DNA of 64,000 nt from Thermodesulfobacteriota bacterium (lineage in GTDB: Bacteria; Desulfobacterota; QYQD01), in NCBI GenBank assembly GCA_031082315.1, contig JAVHLC010000011.1, positions 35,117-99,116 of the forward strand, written 5' to 3'. Position numbers and translations under genes: made by a program. The notes beneath the pieces were generated by a model. It did no database searches and was not told the DNA's origin. It was given only the letters and a program-made list of their open reading frames with translations. Positions 38,465 through 48,356 of this stretch are shown in pieces. The number at the start of each line of letters is the position of its first letter. Position 1 is the first letter of the stretch.

Positions 38465-39091
38465 TTAATGTTTTTTTTGACCGAGCAGGCGCAGGGCCTG
38501 TGAAGAAATAGTCTTCAGGACATCCTTGCTCTTGGCTATATCTCGCAAATCTGCCTCGCGCAGGAGCGGCAGCAACCTTATGGCCAGCATAAGCGGCGTC
38601 TTCGGGTTCTTAACCAGCTCTACCTTAACCGGATAGACCTTCAGCCACTTGCGTTCAGTGGCCAGATGCCGGATAACGCCTTCGTCCATAGTGCGCATCT
38701 TGGCTATCTGGACTGCCTCGGCATCGGTAAGACGCGCATTCTGTACCACGGCTCCCTGGACCATCTTGTTCCCGTCGCGGATGAGGATGCCCCGGGACTC
38801 TTTGTCGCCGGTCATGGCCAGCTTGATCTTTTCGGCGACGTTCATCCGGGCTATCTTCTGGGATAGGGACTGGCTTTCTTTATCCGGTTCTTCGTTGGTC
38901 AATACCAAAATTCCCCGTAATCGTTCACCGTTGACCGTAAGAACCTGAAAAGCGTCTTTTTGGCAAAGAGTCACGGTGATCGCGTATTCCGTTTCGGCCT
39001 CCAGTCCCTGGTCCAAAAGACCAGGAACCAGAGTACAAGAGCCAAATATCCCCTGAAAAGCGCAAGGAACGTCTTTTCGGTGAACGGTCAA
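38465..39091 (-). CDS. Hypothetical protein downstream of the EF-G paralog; the N-terminus is uncertain
   Basis: 208 aa ORF that starts on a TTG inside the tandem GTGAACGGT repeat. The Met at 38848 (MNVAEK...) is a more plausible start. Confidence 0.35.
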   Translation of the reverse strand: MTVHRKDVPCAFQGIFGSCTLVPGLLDQGLEAETEYAITVTLCQKDAFQVLTVNGERLRGILVLTNEEPDKESQSLSQKIARMNVAEKIKLAMTGDKESRGILIRDGNKMVQGAVVQNARLTDAEAVQIAKMRTMDEGVIRHLATERKWLKVYPVKVELVKNPKTPLMLAIRLLPLLREADLRDIAKSKDVLKTISSQALRLLGQKKH

Positions 39092-39112
39092 CAGTGAACG
39101 GTGGACGGTTAC
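39079..39112. repeat. D repeat copy 1: tandem GTGAACGGT units
   Basis: ggtgaacggtcaacagtgaacggtggacggttac is related to the 51192..51287 palindromic AACGGT/ACCGTT arrays. Confidence 0.6.
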
Positions 39113-39127
39113 AATTTCCCCTGATCT

Positions 39128-41212
39128 CTAAGCCTCGCCTTCCTTTTTACCCGCAGCGACAATCTTTTCAGTCAGGTGAGCCGGAACTTCTTCGTAGTGC
39201 AAGAATTCCATGCTGAATGTGCCGCGTCCGGCAGTCATCGAGGTGAGCTCGGAGGCGTAACGCAGCACCTCGACCATGGGCACATGGGCCAGGATGGCCT
39301 GCACCCCGGATCGTGTCTCTACCCCTATTACCTTTCCCCGGCGGCTGTTTATGTCCCCGATAACATCACCCATGCAGTCGTCCGGGACCAGAACAGTCAT
39401 AGACATGATCGGTTCCAGCAAGATAGGCATAGCCTCCAGCATGCCTTTCTTGAAGCACTGGATGGCTGCAATCTTGAAGGCTGTCTCCGATGAATCAACC
39501 TCATGCGACTTACCGTCATAAAATCTGACTTTAACGCCCACGACCGGATAGCCGGCCAAAGGGCCTGCCTGCATAGCTTCCTGAATGCCCTTTTCCACTG
39601 CAGGAACAAAATTGCGGGGTACATTCATTCCGGTCAGGGCATTTTCAAACTCAAAGCTGCCCCCCTGGGGCAGGGGACTGATATCAAAGTGAACCTCGGC
39701 AAACTGCCCGGCCCCGCCGGTCTGTTTCTTATGCCGATAGACAACACCCTGTTTGGTTTTTTTGATGGCCTCTTTATAAGGGACCTTGGGCAGGGTAAGG
39801 TTGACGTCAACATTGTATTTTCTTTTTAACTTTTCTGCGACAACCTCGATATGGATTTGTCCCATGCCGGAAAGAATGGTTTCCCTGGTCGCCTCATTAC
39901 GGGTAACCAGGATGGCATTGTCTTCTTCTTTGAGTTTCCCCAGGGCCGCGGATATCTTCTCTTCATCGGCCTTGGTTTTTGGTTTTAAGGCGTAGGAAAT
40001 AACCGGCTGCGGCGGTTGCAGGGCCTCAATGATGACCGGCGATCCTTCAGTACAGAGGGTGTCACCGGTCACGGTGTCCCTTAATTTAGCGACTGCGACC
40101 AATTCTCCCGGTCCCACACCTTCAACGGATTTTTGTGCCTTACCTTCCAGGGACAGAAGCTGGCCGATACGCTCTGTGGTCTGCTTGTTTGAGTTGTAGA
40201 GGGTGGTGTCCGGTTTCAGTGTGCCGGAGTAAATGCGCAAGATAGAGAGCCGTCCGGCATACGGATCAGACAGGGTCTTGAAGACCAGAGCCGCCAACGA
40301 CGCATCGGGAACGGGAGCTATTTCGACCGGTTCCTTGGTCTTGGCATTTAAGGCCATTTTTGCTCCCTTATCCAGAGGTGAAGGAAGATATTGATTGACG
40401 GCCTCCATAAGGGTGGTGACACCGATATTGCGTGTAGCTGAGCCACAGCATATCAGGACAAATCGTCCCGCAGTCATACCGCCGGCCAGGCCTTTTTCTA
40501 TTTCGGCCACCGTCAGGGTTCCTTCCTCCAGAAATTTTTCCACCAGGGCGTCGTCTGCCTCCGCAGCGTATTCCTGGAGATTTTCCCGGTGTTTTTTAAC
40601 AGAATCTTTCATGTCTTCGGGGATAGGACATTCCTTGTACTGGCCGCTTTGATCGCCGGCAAATACAAAGGCCTTTTCATTTATGAGGTCCACCACCCCG
40701 GTGAACTTATCTTCTGCGCCAATAGGGAGTTGAACGGGCACGCAGCGGGCGTTGAGGGTGGTGGAAATGCTATCTAATGTCCTGTAAAAATCCGCCCTTT
40801 CCCGGTCCATTTTATTAATGAAAATAATACGGGGCAGATGGAACTCCCCAGCCAGATTCCATATCTTCAGGGTTAAGGGTTTGGCCCCGTCAATGGCATC
40901 GATTACGAATACGGCGCTGTCTGCCACCTGCAGGGACATCCTGGTATCATTGAGGAAATTATCATCACCCGGGGTATCGATAAAATGGATCGTATGTTTT
41001 TGCCACGTATAATGATTAAAGGCCGAGTTTATAGTAATCTTTCTTTTGATTTCTTCCGGTTCGTAGTCCAGAATTGAGGTGCCGTCATCTACCCGGCCCA
41101 GACGGTTTGTCCGTCCCGATGCAAAAAGTATTGCCTCGGCCAGGGATGTTTTGCCTGCGCCGCTATGAGCGAGCAAGGCTATATTGCGAACCTTGTCTAA
41201 CTGAATACCCAT
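39128..41212 (-). CDS. Elongation factor G family GTPase, a likely EF-G2 paralog (not in str-operon context)
   Basis: 694 aa. Has G1 AHSGAGKTS, a DTPGD G3 motif, and full EF-G domains II-V. Confidence 0.75.
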   Translation of the reverse strand: MGIQLDKVRNIALLAHSGAGKTSLAEAILFASGRTNRLGRVDDGTSILDYEPEEIKRKITINSAFNHYTWQKHTIHFIDTPGDDNFLNDTRMSLQVADSAVFVIDAIDGAKPLTLKIWNLAGEFHLPRIIFINKMDRERADFYRTLDSISTTLNARCVPVQLPIGAEDKFTGVVDLINEKAFVFAGDQSGQYKECPIPEDMKDSVKKHRENLQEYAAEADDALVEKFLEEGTLTVAEIEKGLAGGMTAGRFVLICCGSATRNIGVTTLMEAVNQYLPSPLDKGAKMALNAKTKEPVEIAPVPDASLAALVFKTLSDPYAGRLSILRIYSGTLKPDTTLYNSNKQTTERIGQLLSLEGKAQKSVEGVGPGELVAVAKLRDTVTGDTLCTEGSPVIIEALQPPQPVISYALKPKTKADEEKISAALGKLKEEDNAILVTRNEATRETILSGMGQIHIEVVAEKLKRKYNVDVNLTLPKVPYKEAIKKTKQGVVYRHKKQTGGAGQFAEVHFDISPLPQGGSFEFENALTGMNVPRNFVPAVEKGIQEAMQAGPLAGYPVVGVKVRFYDGKSHEVDSSETAFKIAAIQCFKKGMLEAMPILLEPIMSMTVLVPDDCMGDVIGDINSRRGKVIGVETRSGVQAILAHVPMVEVLRYASELTSMTAGRGTFSMEFLHYEEVPAHLTEKIVAAGKKEGEA

Positions 41213-41227
41213 GTCTTCCCCTTTCTA

Positions 41228-41375
41228 AACTGAACATGCATAGCGAGCGCATTCCCCGCTGCTTGCCATCCAGGTCCGACCCTGGCGGGCGGCGGGGTTA
41301 GCGAGCGAATACTATGCTTTTTACCTTACATACGGAGATTCCCTGTCCGCCGCAGGCGAACTGCGGGGAGCTTCA
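41228..41375. repeat. A-family hairpin repeat, copy A3 (long form) in the EF-G paralog 5' region
   Basis: Same core as A1, including the nested ~70-bp insert flanked by agcgagcg direct repeats. The apical palindrome is ccgcag-gcgaa-ctgcgg. Confidence 0.8.
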
Positions 41376-41555
41376 ATCTTTATTCACAAGTTTTTGCAAA
41401 ATATCGACTTAAAATTTTAAAGTCAAGCCTTAATTGTAATAGTTCACCGCAGAGTGCGCAGAGAACGCCTCTGCCTGCCCGCCTTGCCTTGGATGCTTGA
41501 GTCCGGTGATTAAGGTTTTTCTTTTTTGTGTCGATATAGTTGGCGTAGCTTGTTG

Positions 41556-41720
41556 CCATCCGGCCACGGGCCGAAAGCCCCGGTTTTCCGGATGGAACGG
41601 TCAGCAGTCGGCTATCAGCGTTCAGCTTAAGATGATGTTGTTTGTCTTATTTTTTTGCTGACGGCTGAAAGCTGATCGCTGAGGGCTTTCATCCGGAAAC
41701 GGTAGTTTCCGGATGAAAAC
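41556..41720. repeat. B-family MITE-like element, copy B1, upstream of pilT
   Basis: The internal layout matches B2 and B3 (ggatggaRcggtcagcaStcRgctatcagcRttcagcttaa ... tttgctgaSRgctgaNRgctgaaagc ... ccggaaacggtagtttccggatgaaaac). It ends in a TTCCGGAA-type palindrome. Confidence 0.7.
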
Positions 41721-41746
41721 TAACTCAAGCGGAGGATTGGCTAAAG

Positions 41747-42829
41747 ATGGCCCAGATTGACGCCTTTTTTAAATTGATGCATGAGCAGGGCGCCTCGGAC
41801 CTGCATCTTATATCCGGATCTCAACCTATCTTGCGTATTCGGGGTGAGATGGAACGGGTCAAATATAAGATCATGGAAAACGACGAACTCAAGGCCATGC
41901 TCTATGAGATCACCCCGGAGGACAAGATCAAGATATTTGAGGAGACCGGCGATCTTGATTTCGGTCATGAGATCCCGGGATTAGCCAGATATCGCGCCAA
42001 TTTTTTCATGCAGAAATACGGCATAGGGGCGGTTTTCAGAGAGATACCGAACGATATCCTGTCGGCCGAACAATTGGGCCTGCCGGCGGTGGTTAAGAAC
42101 CTGGCTACGCTCCCTAAGGGTATGATATTGGTGACCGGCCCTACCGGCAGCGGTAAATCAACGACACTGGCCGCGATTGTTGATCACGCCAATGCGACCC
42201 GCAAGGATCATATTATCACGGTTGAAGACCCTATCGAGTTTGTGCACAAGAGCAAAGGCTGTATTGTAAACCATCGTGAGGTAGGAACGCATACAAAGTC
42301 TTTTGCCGCGGCCCTCAGGGCCAGCTTGCGTGAAGACCCGGACATTATCCTGGTCGGTGAGCTGCGTGATCTGGAGACTATCGCTCTGGCCATGGAGGCG
42401 GCTATGACCGGCCATCTGGTCTTTGCCACGTTACATACATTGAATGCCTCCAAGACCGTGGACCGCATGATTGAAATCTTCCCGGCCAACCAGCAGCCCC
42501 AGGTGCGCTCTACTCTGGCTGATGCCTTGCGGGCCGTGGTCTCACAGACCATGTTCAAGCGCGTGGACATTAAAGGCAGGTGCGTGGCCCTGGAAATATT
42601 GATTGCCACACCTGCAGTGCGCAACCTCATCCGTGAGGGGAAAACCTATCAGATCCCATCTGCCATGCAGACCGGTAAAAAATACGGCATGCAGACCCTG
42701 GACGATGCCATTATGGAACTCCTGCAGAAAGGGTGGATCGATGCCACTGAGGCGTATAACAAGAGTATCAACAAAGAAAAATTTACCCAATTTTTAAAGA
42801 AGCCGCCGGAAGATTTCACGGAGGTATAA
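41747..42829 (+). CDS. pilT: Type IV pilus retraction ATPase PilT
   Basis: 360 aa. Carries Walker A GPTGSGKST, Asp box, Walker B and His box motifs. The N-terminal MAQIDAFFKLM...ASDLHL is PilT-like. Confidence 0.8.
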   Translation: MAQIDAFFKLMHEQGASDLHLISGSQPILRIRGEMERVKYKIMENDELKAMLYEITPEDKIKIFEETGDLDFGHEIPGLARYRANFFMQKYGIGAVFREIPNDILSAEQLGLPAVVKNLATLPKGMILVTGPTGSGKSTTLAAIVDHANATRKDHIITVEDPIEFVHKSKGCIVNHREVGTHTKSFAAALRASLREDPDIILVGELRDLETIALAMEAAMTGHLVFATLHTLNASKTVDRMIEIFPANQQPQVRSTLADALRAVVSQTMFKRVDIKGRCVALEILIATPAVRNLIREGKTYQIPSAMQTGKKYGMQTLDDAIMELLQKGWIDATEAYNKSINKEKFTQFLKKPPEDFTEV

Positions 42830-42832
42830 AAA

Positions 42833-44011
42833 TTGTCTATAAATAAGGCTGACATCGATCATATCATAACCCGGATGCTGGAATCTCAGGAGAGCATCTC
42901 CGATCTCAACGTAACTGTGGGGCGGCCATTTCAGGTAGTTTCATCGGGCCGTCTGGTTCCGGTATCCCTGGATTCGCCCATTGAGCAGATTACGCCTTAT
43001 CAGGCAGAGACATTTGCCCTTCACCTGATGGCTTCGGATGCAAGGTTGCTCAAGGCCCTGGTTCGGGAAGGTTCCTGTGATTTTTCCTATCAGCTTCCCG
43101 GCCGGGCGCGTTTCAGGGTAAACGTCTTTCAGCAAAAGGGTTATTACTCTACCGTGATGCGGAAACTGAGCACCCATATCCCGACCGTTAAGGAACTTGA
43201 GCTTCCCGAATCTTTTTATAAAATGGCCAGGGAAAAAAATGGGATAATTCTCTTCACCGGCGCCACGGGCACCGGTAAATCGACCTCTCTTGCGGCCATC
43301 CTCAATGAGATAAATGAGGCGGAGCCGCTGCACGTTATCACCCTGGAAGACCCGATAGAGTTTGTTCATGCCCATAGGAAGGCCACATTTAACCAGAGGG
43401 AGCTGGGCGCGGATTTCGACAGCTTTGCCCACGGGCTTCGTGCCGCCCTCAGGCAGGCCCCGAATGTAATCCTGGTGGGCGAGATGCGCGACCGCGAAAC
43501 CATAGAGATCGGTCTGAGCGCCGCGGAGACAGGTCATCTGGTGTTTTCCACCCTGCATACGGTAGATGCCGGTCAGACCGTCAACCGTATTATAGGCATG
43601 TTTAGTAAGGATGAAGAACAGCAGATCCGCATACGCCTCGCTGATACCACACGCTGGGTGGTCTGCCAGAAACTCCTGCCCAAAGTGGGCGGGGGGAGAG
43701 TGGCTGTCTTCGAGGTCATGAACAACAACGTGCGGATCAAAGACTCTATTTTGAACGGCGAGTCGGAAGGAAAGACATTTTACGAGATCATAGACAGCGG
43801 TGAGGCATTCAACATGCAGACCTTCGATAAAGATATCCTTCGTTCTTACGAGCGAGGCCTGATTACGGAAGAAACTGCCCTGGCTTATGCCTCACACCGT
43901 GCGGTGGTCAGCCGGGGCATAGACCAGCTCAAGGCCCAGAAAGGTGAAAAGACCTCCGATATCGAGGGGTTGAAGCTGGACGGGAATTATGGCAAGGAAC
44001 ACAGGAGGTAA
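42833..44011 (+). CDS. PilT/PilU-family type IV pilus ATPase, second paralog
   Basis: 392 aa with Walker A GATGTGKST and a conserved PilT core. Lies 4 nt downstream of pilT. Confidence 0.7.
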   Translation: MSINKADIDHIITRMLESQESISDLNVTVGRPFQVVSSGRLVPVSLDSPIEQITPYQAETFALHLMASDARLLKALVREGSCDFSYQLPGRARFRVNVFQQKGYYSTVMRKLSTHIPTVKELELPESFYKMAREKNGIILFTGATGTGKSTSLAAILNEINEAEPLHVITLEDPIEFVHAHRKATFNQRELGADFDSFAHGLRAALRQAPNVILVGEMRDRETIEIGLSAAETGHLVFSTLHTVDAGQTVNRIIGMFSKDEEQQIRIRLADTTRWVVCQKLLPKVGGGRVAVFEVMNNNVRIKDSILNGESEGKTFYEIIDSGEAFNMQTFDKDILRSYERGLITEETALAYASHRAVVSRGIDQLKAQKGEKTSDIEGLKLDGNYGKEHRR

Positions 44012-44020
44012 ATCTTAAAT

Positions 44021-44644
44021 ATGGAAATCTCATGCCCTGGATGTCAGAAGCGCTTTCTTGTTCCGGATGAAAAGTTACCGGCGAACACCAAAGTCGTCCT
44101 TACCTGCCCGGATTGCAAAGGTAAGATTCCTATAGATACGAGGGGAAAAAGTGAAGAGCCCGGCCCTTTGCCGGATACCGATCAGGATGTCGCCATTGAA
44201 TTCTTCGAAGAAGGGACGAAGACAGGGCTGGTTTGTGTGCCGGATGAGTCTATGAAGGAGGGCGTTGTTCGTGTCCTGGAGGAGTTTGACTACAAAACGA
44301 GTGCGGCCGATGACCTGCGGACCTTTTATGCCAAGGTACGTTATAATCATTATGGCGTGATAGTCGTAAGTGAAAAATCCGCGGAAGGAGGGACGGGAAA
44401 CAATCCCATTTTAAGGTATCTGGAGCGCCTGCCTATATCTGTACGGCGCAATATCTTTTTATTTCTCATTTCCGCTCAGCACAGGACACTGGATACGTTA
44501 ATGGCCTTCTCCCTCTCTGTAGATGCCATTATCAATGAAAAGGACCTGGGCGAAATGCGGGAGATTTTGCAAAAGTCGCTGTCCCAGCATGAGCATTTCT
44601 ACAAGGTATTTAAGGATTGCCTGAGGGCTGAAGGCCGGATTTAA
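44021..44644 (+). CDS. MJ0042-type zinc-ribbon domain protein, hypothetical
   Basis: 207 aa. The N-terminus has CPGCQKRF...CPDCKG. Confidence 0.4.
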   Translation: MEISCPGCQKRFLVPDEKLPANTKVVLTCPDCKGKIPIDTRGKSEEPGPLPDTDQDVAIEFFEEGTKTGLVCVPDESMKEGVVRVLEEFDYKTSAADDLRTFYAKVRYNHYGVIVVSEKSAEGGTGNNPILRYLERLPISVRRNIFLFLISAQHRTLDTLMAFSLSVDAIINEKDLGEMREILQKSLSQHEHFYKVFKDCLRAEGRI

Positions 44645-44737
44645 AGGTAACACCGCGTAGCCGGGACATTTACTAAACCCCCGCCATCTGATCGAAATCT
44701 CTTGATTTTCCCCCTTAGCTATGTTTATTTTTTGCCT

Positions 44738-45112
44738 ATGATTCAGTACGAATTGGCCGAGGACATTGGTGCATCAATAAAAGGCATTATTCATAAACTA
44801 CAAATGACCCATGTGGATGAATCCAGGCTGGTTTGTATAAGGAGCAAATACTCTAACAGCAAGAGGGTAATTGCCCGCTGCCACGGTCTTTCCAGAATCA
44901 TGCAATTAGCCCTCAACCAGAGGCCTCATTATGTTATCGAGGTTATTTCTGAAAGGTTTGATAAGCTCAGCAAAGAAGAGCAGATTAAGGTTCTTATCCA
45001 CGAACTCATGCATATTCCTCATTCCTTTGGAGGCGGGTTCAGAGTCCACAAGCCGTATGTGACTCAGAAGAAGGTTGAGAGGATGTACAGAAAGTTTGTA
45101 CGGGTCGGATAA
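44738..45112 (+). CDS. Putative small zinc metallopeptidase (HExxH)
   Basis: Contains IHELMHIPHSFGGGF, a HEXXH motif. The listed ORF starts at 44702; a later Met start at 44738 was chosen. Confidence 0.35.
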   Translation: MIQYELAEDIGASIKGIIHKLQMTHVDESRLVCIRSKYSNSKRVIARCHGLSRIMQLALNQRPHYVIEVISERFDKLSKEEQIKVLIHELMHIPHSFGGGFRVHKPYVTQKKVERMYRKFVRVG

Positions 45113-45115
45113 GCT

Positions 45116-45174
45116 TGCCATGCATACGGAGATTCCCCGTCCGTCCTCCGCCTGCGGCGGACGGGAAGCTTCAA
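45116..45174. repeat. A-family hairpin repeat, copy A4 (3' core only)
   Basis: gcatacggagattcccc-gtccgtcctccgcctgcggcggacggg-aagcttcaa follows directly after the metallopeptidase stop. Confidence 0.7.
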
Positions 45175-45260
45175 ATTTTCCACTGTGCCGCCGCCAAATA
45201 ATAAATTGCCATAATTACGTCGAGTCGACATAACATCGATAATTACAATAAAAAGCAGAC

Positions 45261-45400
45261 CTCCGGATTTTATGCTATCGTCTTATGTAATTGATATTTA
45301 ATTGCATTTCATTTTATTGTACTGTTTGCCAAATTGTAGTATCATCGCTTTTATCTGCGAGTTTTGATGAAAAAATCGAGTCGATATAATATATAATGTT
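45261..45400 (+). repeat. C module copy 2 (duplicated promoter-like segment)
   Basis: About 88% identical to 24587..24728. Lies upstream of the 115-aa gene. Confidence 0.75.
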
Positions 45401-45426
45401 AAGTTTCTCAAGATAAGAGACCCATT

Positions 45427-45774
45427 ATGGAAGTCATATTGAGTATTATTGGTTCAGCATTATTCTCGTGGCTAATTACCAGTATCTATTTTAGGAAAAG
45501 CCTTAAGCAACAGTCGAAGGAAGCTGAAAAAGAGATTTCGCAGCTTTTAAAGTCTTTTGAGAACATACAAAAAGAAAAAAATGAAAGAGTCTTGTATCAA
45601 CATCGTTTAGAGGAATCTATTCAAGAGTACCGTAAAACTGGCACACCTGTGCGAGTTATAGACACTTATGATAATATGTCCGAAGAAGAGAAAGCCAATC
45701 TGTATGATGCTGTCATGTTAAGAGAGAAGGGCAGACTGGGTAAATCTAATAAATATAGAAATAAAAAAACTTAA
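45427..45774 (+). CDS. Hypothetical N-terminally membrane-anchored protein (AT-rich gene)
   Basis: 115 aa with one N-terminal TM helix and a charged coiled-coil-like tail. Confidence 0.35.
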   Translation: MEVILSIIGSALFSWLITSIYFRKSLKQQSKEAEKEISQLLKSFENIQKEKNERVLYQHRLEESIQEYRKTGTPVRVIDTYDNMSEEEKANLYDAVMLREKGRLGKSNKYRNKKT

Positions 45775-45848
45775 CATCCTGCTGCAAGGGATGGCGCAAA
45801 AAACCGCGCCACCCTTGAGCAGAGCGTTAGGCGCGTGAGGAAAAATTT

Positions 45849-46232
45849 ATGAACACAAAAAGTACTAAACGCACAGCCCGTGCTTACGTTATCGAGGCCA
45901 CTGTCGCGATACTGCTTTGTTACTTCTTACTCGGAGGTTCTGATTGGAGTCCTGCGCTCTGGGCGGTGTTCACTGTCCTTGCCATTTGGATCGTGGTAAT
46001 GAATGTGCGCCGCGATGCTGGCGTAGAGAGTGCCGTAGCATACGATCGCTGGAAGTTGCAGGTAGCATTACTAATGGTTCTCGGCGTTCTCGGTGCGTCT
46101 ATATGGAGGAGCTCATCATGGCTTTTTATATTGAGCTTGGTCTTGGGAGCAATTTGGGTCAGCGATTTGCGTGCCCACCAGGACACATATAAACGAAAGG
46201 CTGTTCAAGAGGGAAATGATGTTGCCCCTTGA
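45849..46232 (+). CDS. Hypothetical membrane protein
   Basis: 127 aa with about 3-4 TM helices. Confidence 0.35.
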   Translation: MNTKSTKRTARAYVIEATVAILLCYFLLGGSDWSPALWAVFTVLAIWIVVMNVRRDAGVESAVAYDRWKLQVALLMVLGVLGASIWRSSSWLFILSLVLGAIWVSDLRAHQDTYKRKAVQEGNDVAP

Positions 46233-46339
46233 CATTAGACAAAATGAAAAATTGGCCTAACCATTCATTCCAACCGCCCGCTTAACAGCGGCGGCGGAAT
46301 TCAACCGTTATGCGGAAGCGATGAACGGGATGTTTCGCT

Positions 46340-46924
46340 ATGACTATTAAAACCAAAGCGGAAATTGTTTTCGAGGAATTCTGCAACTCAAACAGCATTG
46401 GATGGGAGAAGATAAAAGAGGGCGAAAGCCGCGCTCCAGATTACGAAATCTATCTCGGTGGCGAGCTGGTATTCGTAGAAATCAAGCAAATTGATAAAGA
46501 CGAAAACTTTGGCATCGAGTCTTGCTCTAGAACGGTGGGGTCACATATAAGACGAAGAATACAGAGTGCCAGGAAGCAGGTACAGGCAGGTTCTAACGAA
46601 GGTGCTCCGTCCGTGTTGTTGGTGTACAACAATCTCGATCCGTGGCAAATGTTTGGTACAGAACAACATGATTTTATCGACGCGATGTACGGAGAGAGAA
46701 CCGTGGTGTTAGATACAGACACAAATGCGATCACAGACTCCTTTCAAGGAGGGAATCGATCCTTAGAGGAAAACAAGAATACGTCTTTTAGCGCGGTGGG
46801 ACTGCTATATAAAAAGGAAGATTGTGCCGGAGTTCATATTTACGAAAATGTTTTCGCTAAGAATCCGCTGGAGTTTTCAAAGGTCCCGAATTGCATTGAA
46901 GTCACTCGAATCGAGATAGAGTGA
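46340..46924 (+). CDS. Hypothetical protein with a PD-(D/E)xK-like motif
   Basis: 194 aa. ...RAPDYEIYLGGELVFVEIKQ... reads as PD...(E)xK. Confidence 0.35.
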   Translation: MTIKTKAEIVFEEFCNSNSIGWEKIKEGESRAPDYEIYLGGELVFVEIKQIDKDENFGIESCSRTVGSHIRRRIQSARKQVQAGSNEGAPSVLLVYNNLDPWQMFGTEQHDFIDAMYGERTVVLDTDTNAITDSFQGGNRSLEENKNTSFSAVGLLYKKEDCAGVHIYENVFAKNPLEFSKVPNCIEVTRIEIE

Positions 46925-47234
46925 AAATTCCGCATAACAAGTTGTCCGAGCCGACGCCGCAAAAACCAGCCCCGTAGGGTGGGCTTTGCCCACCGAAACC
47001 CCTGGACACCGGGGTTCACCGGTGTGACGACTTTTGCAAGAGTCTCGGAGGAATAAACCTCGGGTCTTTGTCCGCAGTCCGCCACGACATCATCCAAGAA
47101 ATGGCCCGGGTCATCGAGATTCTAGTGTCGCTTCCAGGCCTATCCCAGGCATGCTCCCCTTAGACAAAAAATAGCATGTTAACATTATGCAGGTATTATT
47201 TGACAAATAGTTTAACTTAATGTGAATTAACGGC

Positions 47235-47480
47235 ATGACTAAGCCAAGAGAGATCTATGAAAAAATCATGCCGTATTTCGATTCTCTGGAGGCGATTATT
47301 ATTACCGGCATGCGGAGAACCGGAAAGACCACGCTTCTCCATCTGGTCTTTGACCAGATAAAGGCCTTACCGGATATGGCAGGAGAGCCACTGCCTCTGG
47401 CCGGCTTCGTGCCAGAGGGGTTTATCCGTCGTACAGATGTCCTTTCGGTACGGACAGCGGGGGTGAAAGGGACAGCCTGA
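47235..47480 (+). pseudogene. N-terminal fragment of a COG1373-type AAA ATPase (DUF4143 family), truncated
   Basis: IITGMRRTGKTTLLHLVFDQIK is a P-loop N-terminus. After about 45 aa the frame runs antisense into the oppF 3' end, so no ATPase body is present. Confidence 0.5.
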
Positions 47481-48356
47481 TGGAATATTTAAGGGGCTGG
47501 GAGGGTCTCCCTCTAAAACTATACGCTTTTGACGGCGGGTAGGGTCAGGAGAAGGGGCGGCCGCCAAGAGGGCCTCGGTATAGGGGTGGTGGGGTACCTG
47601 TCCGAGGAGATTTTTGTCTATTATTTCCACGATCTTTCCGAGATACATGACGGCGATGCGGGTGCTCAGATAATGTACGACCTGAAGGTCATGGGCGATA
47701 AAGAGATAGGTAAGGTTGAATTTGTTCTTGAGGTCGAGAAGGAGATTGATTACCTGGGCCTGTATCGAGACGTCCAGGGAAGAGACCGCTTCGTCCGCCA
47801 CGATGAATTCCGGATTCAGGGCTAAGGCGCGGGCGATACCGATCCTCTGCCTTTGTCCGCCGCTGAATTCATGCGGATAACGATATATCTGATCTTCACC
47901 AATACCTACTTCCCTAAGTATATGGGTAACTTTTTCGACCAGTTCTGTCCTGCCGGGGCAGAGCTTATGGATTATGAACGGTTCGGCCACAATATCGAAT
48001 ATGTTTCGGCGTGGATTAAGCGACGAGTAGGGATCCTGGAATATGATCTGCATATCCCTGCGCAAATTCCGCATCTGTCTATGGGATAGCGATGTGATAT
48101 CCCGGCCTTTATAAAAGACCTGGCCTGAGGCAGGTTCCTCCAGTTTCAGTATGAGGCGGCCTAATGTGGATTTGCCGCAGCCGCTTTCACCCACCAACCC
48201 TAATATCTCGCCCGGCATGATGGTAAGGTTAACGCCGGCCACGGCCTGTAAGACGTGGTCTTTCCCGCCCCAGAAGCTGCTCCGCACCTGATAATGTTTA
48301 AATAGGTCTTTGACTTCAACCACTGGGTTCATGGCCGGTCTGCCTTTAAAAAGCAC
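47367..48356 (-). CDS. Oligopeptide/dipeptide ABC transporter ATP-binding protein (OppF/DppF type)
   Basis: 329 aa. Has Walker [10 protein letters not shown], the signature LSGGQRQR, Walker B, and the C-terminal oligopeptide-ABC extension. Confidence 0.8.
   Translation of the reverse strand: MLFKGRPAMNPVVEVKDLFKHYQVRSSFWGGKDHVLQAVAGVNLTIMPGEILGLVGESGCGKSTLGRLILKLEEPASGQVFYKGRDITSLSHRQMRNLRRDMQIIFQDPYSSLNPRRNIFDIVAEPFIIHKLCPGRTELVEKVTHILREVGIGEDQIYRYPHEFSGGQRQRIGIARALALNPEFIVADEAVSSLDVSIQAQVINLLLDLKNKFNLTYLFIAHDLQVVHYLSTRIAVMYLGKIVEIIDKNLLGQVPHHPYTEALLAAAPSPDPTRRQKRIVLEGDPPSPLNIPSGCPFHPRCPYRKDICTTDKPLWHEAGQRQWLSCHIR

Noticed and set aside
38849-39091. N-terminal 81 codons of the 208-aa ORF
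   Set aside because: It starts with TTG inside the GTGAACGGT tandem repeat, which encodes TVHR-SLL-TVHR. This is likely repeat-derived rather than genuine coding sequence.
42941-43558. 205-aa antisense ORF within the second pilT gene, and the 219-aa antisense ORF at 49924..50583 within the SBP gene
   Set aside because: Both are embedded opposite well-supported conserved genes and have no independent features.
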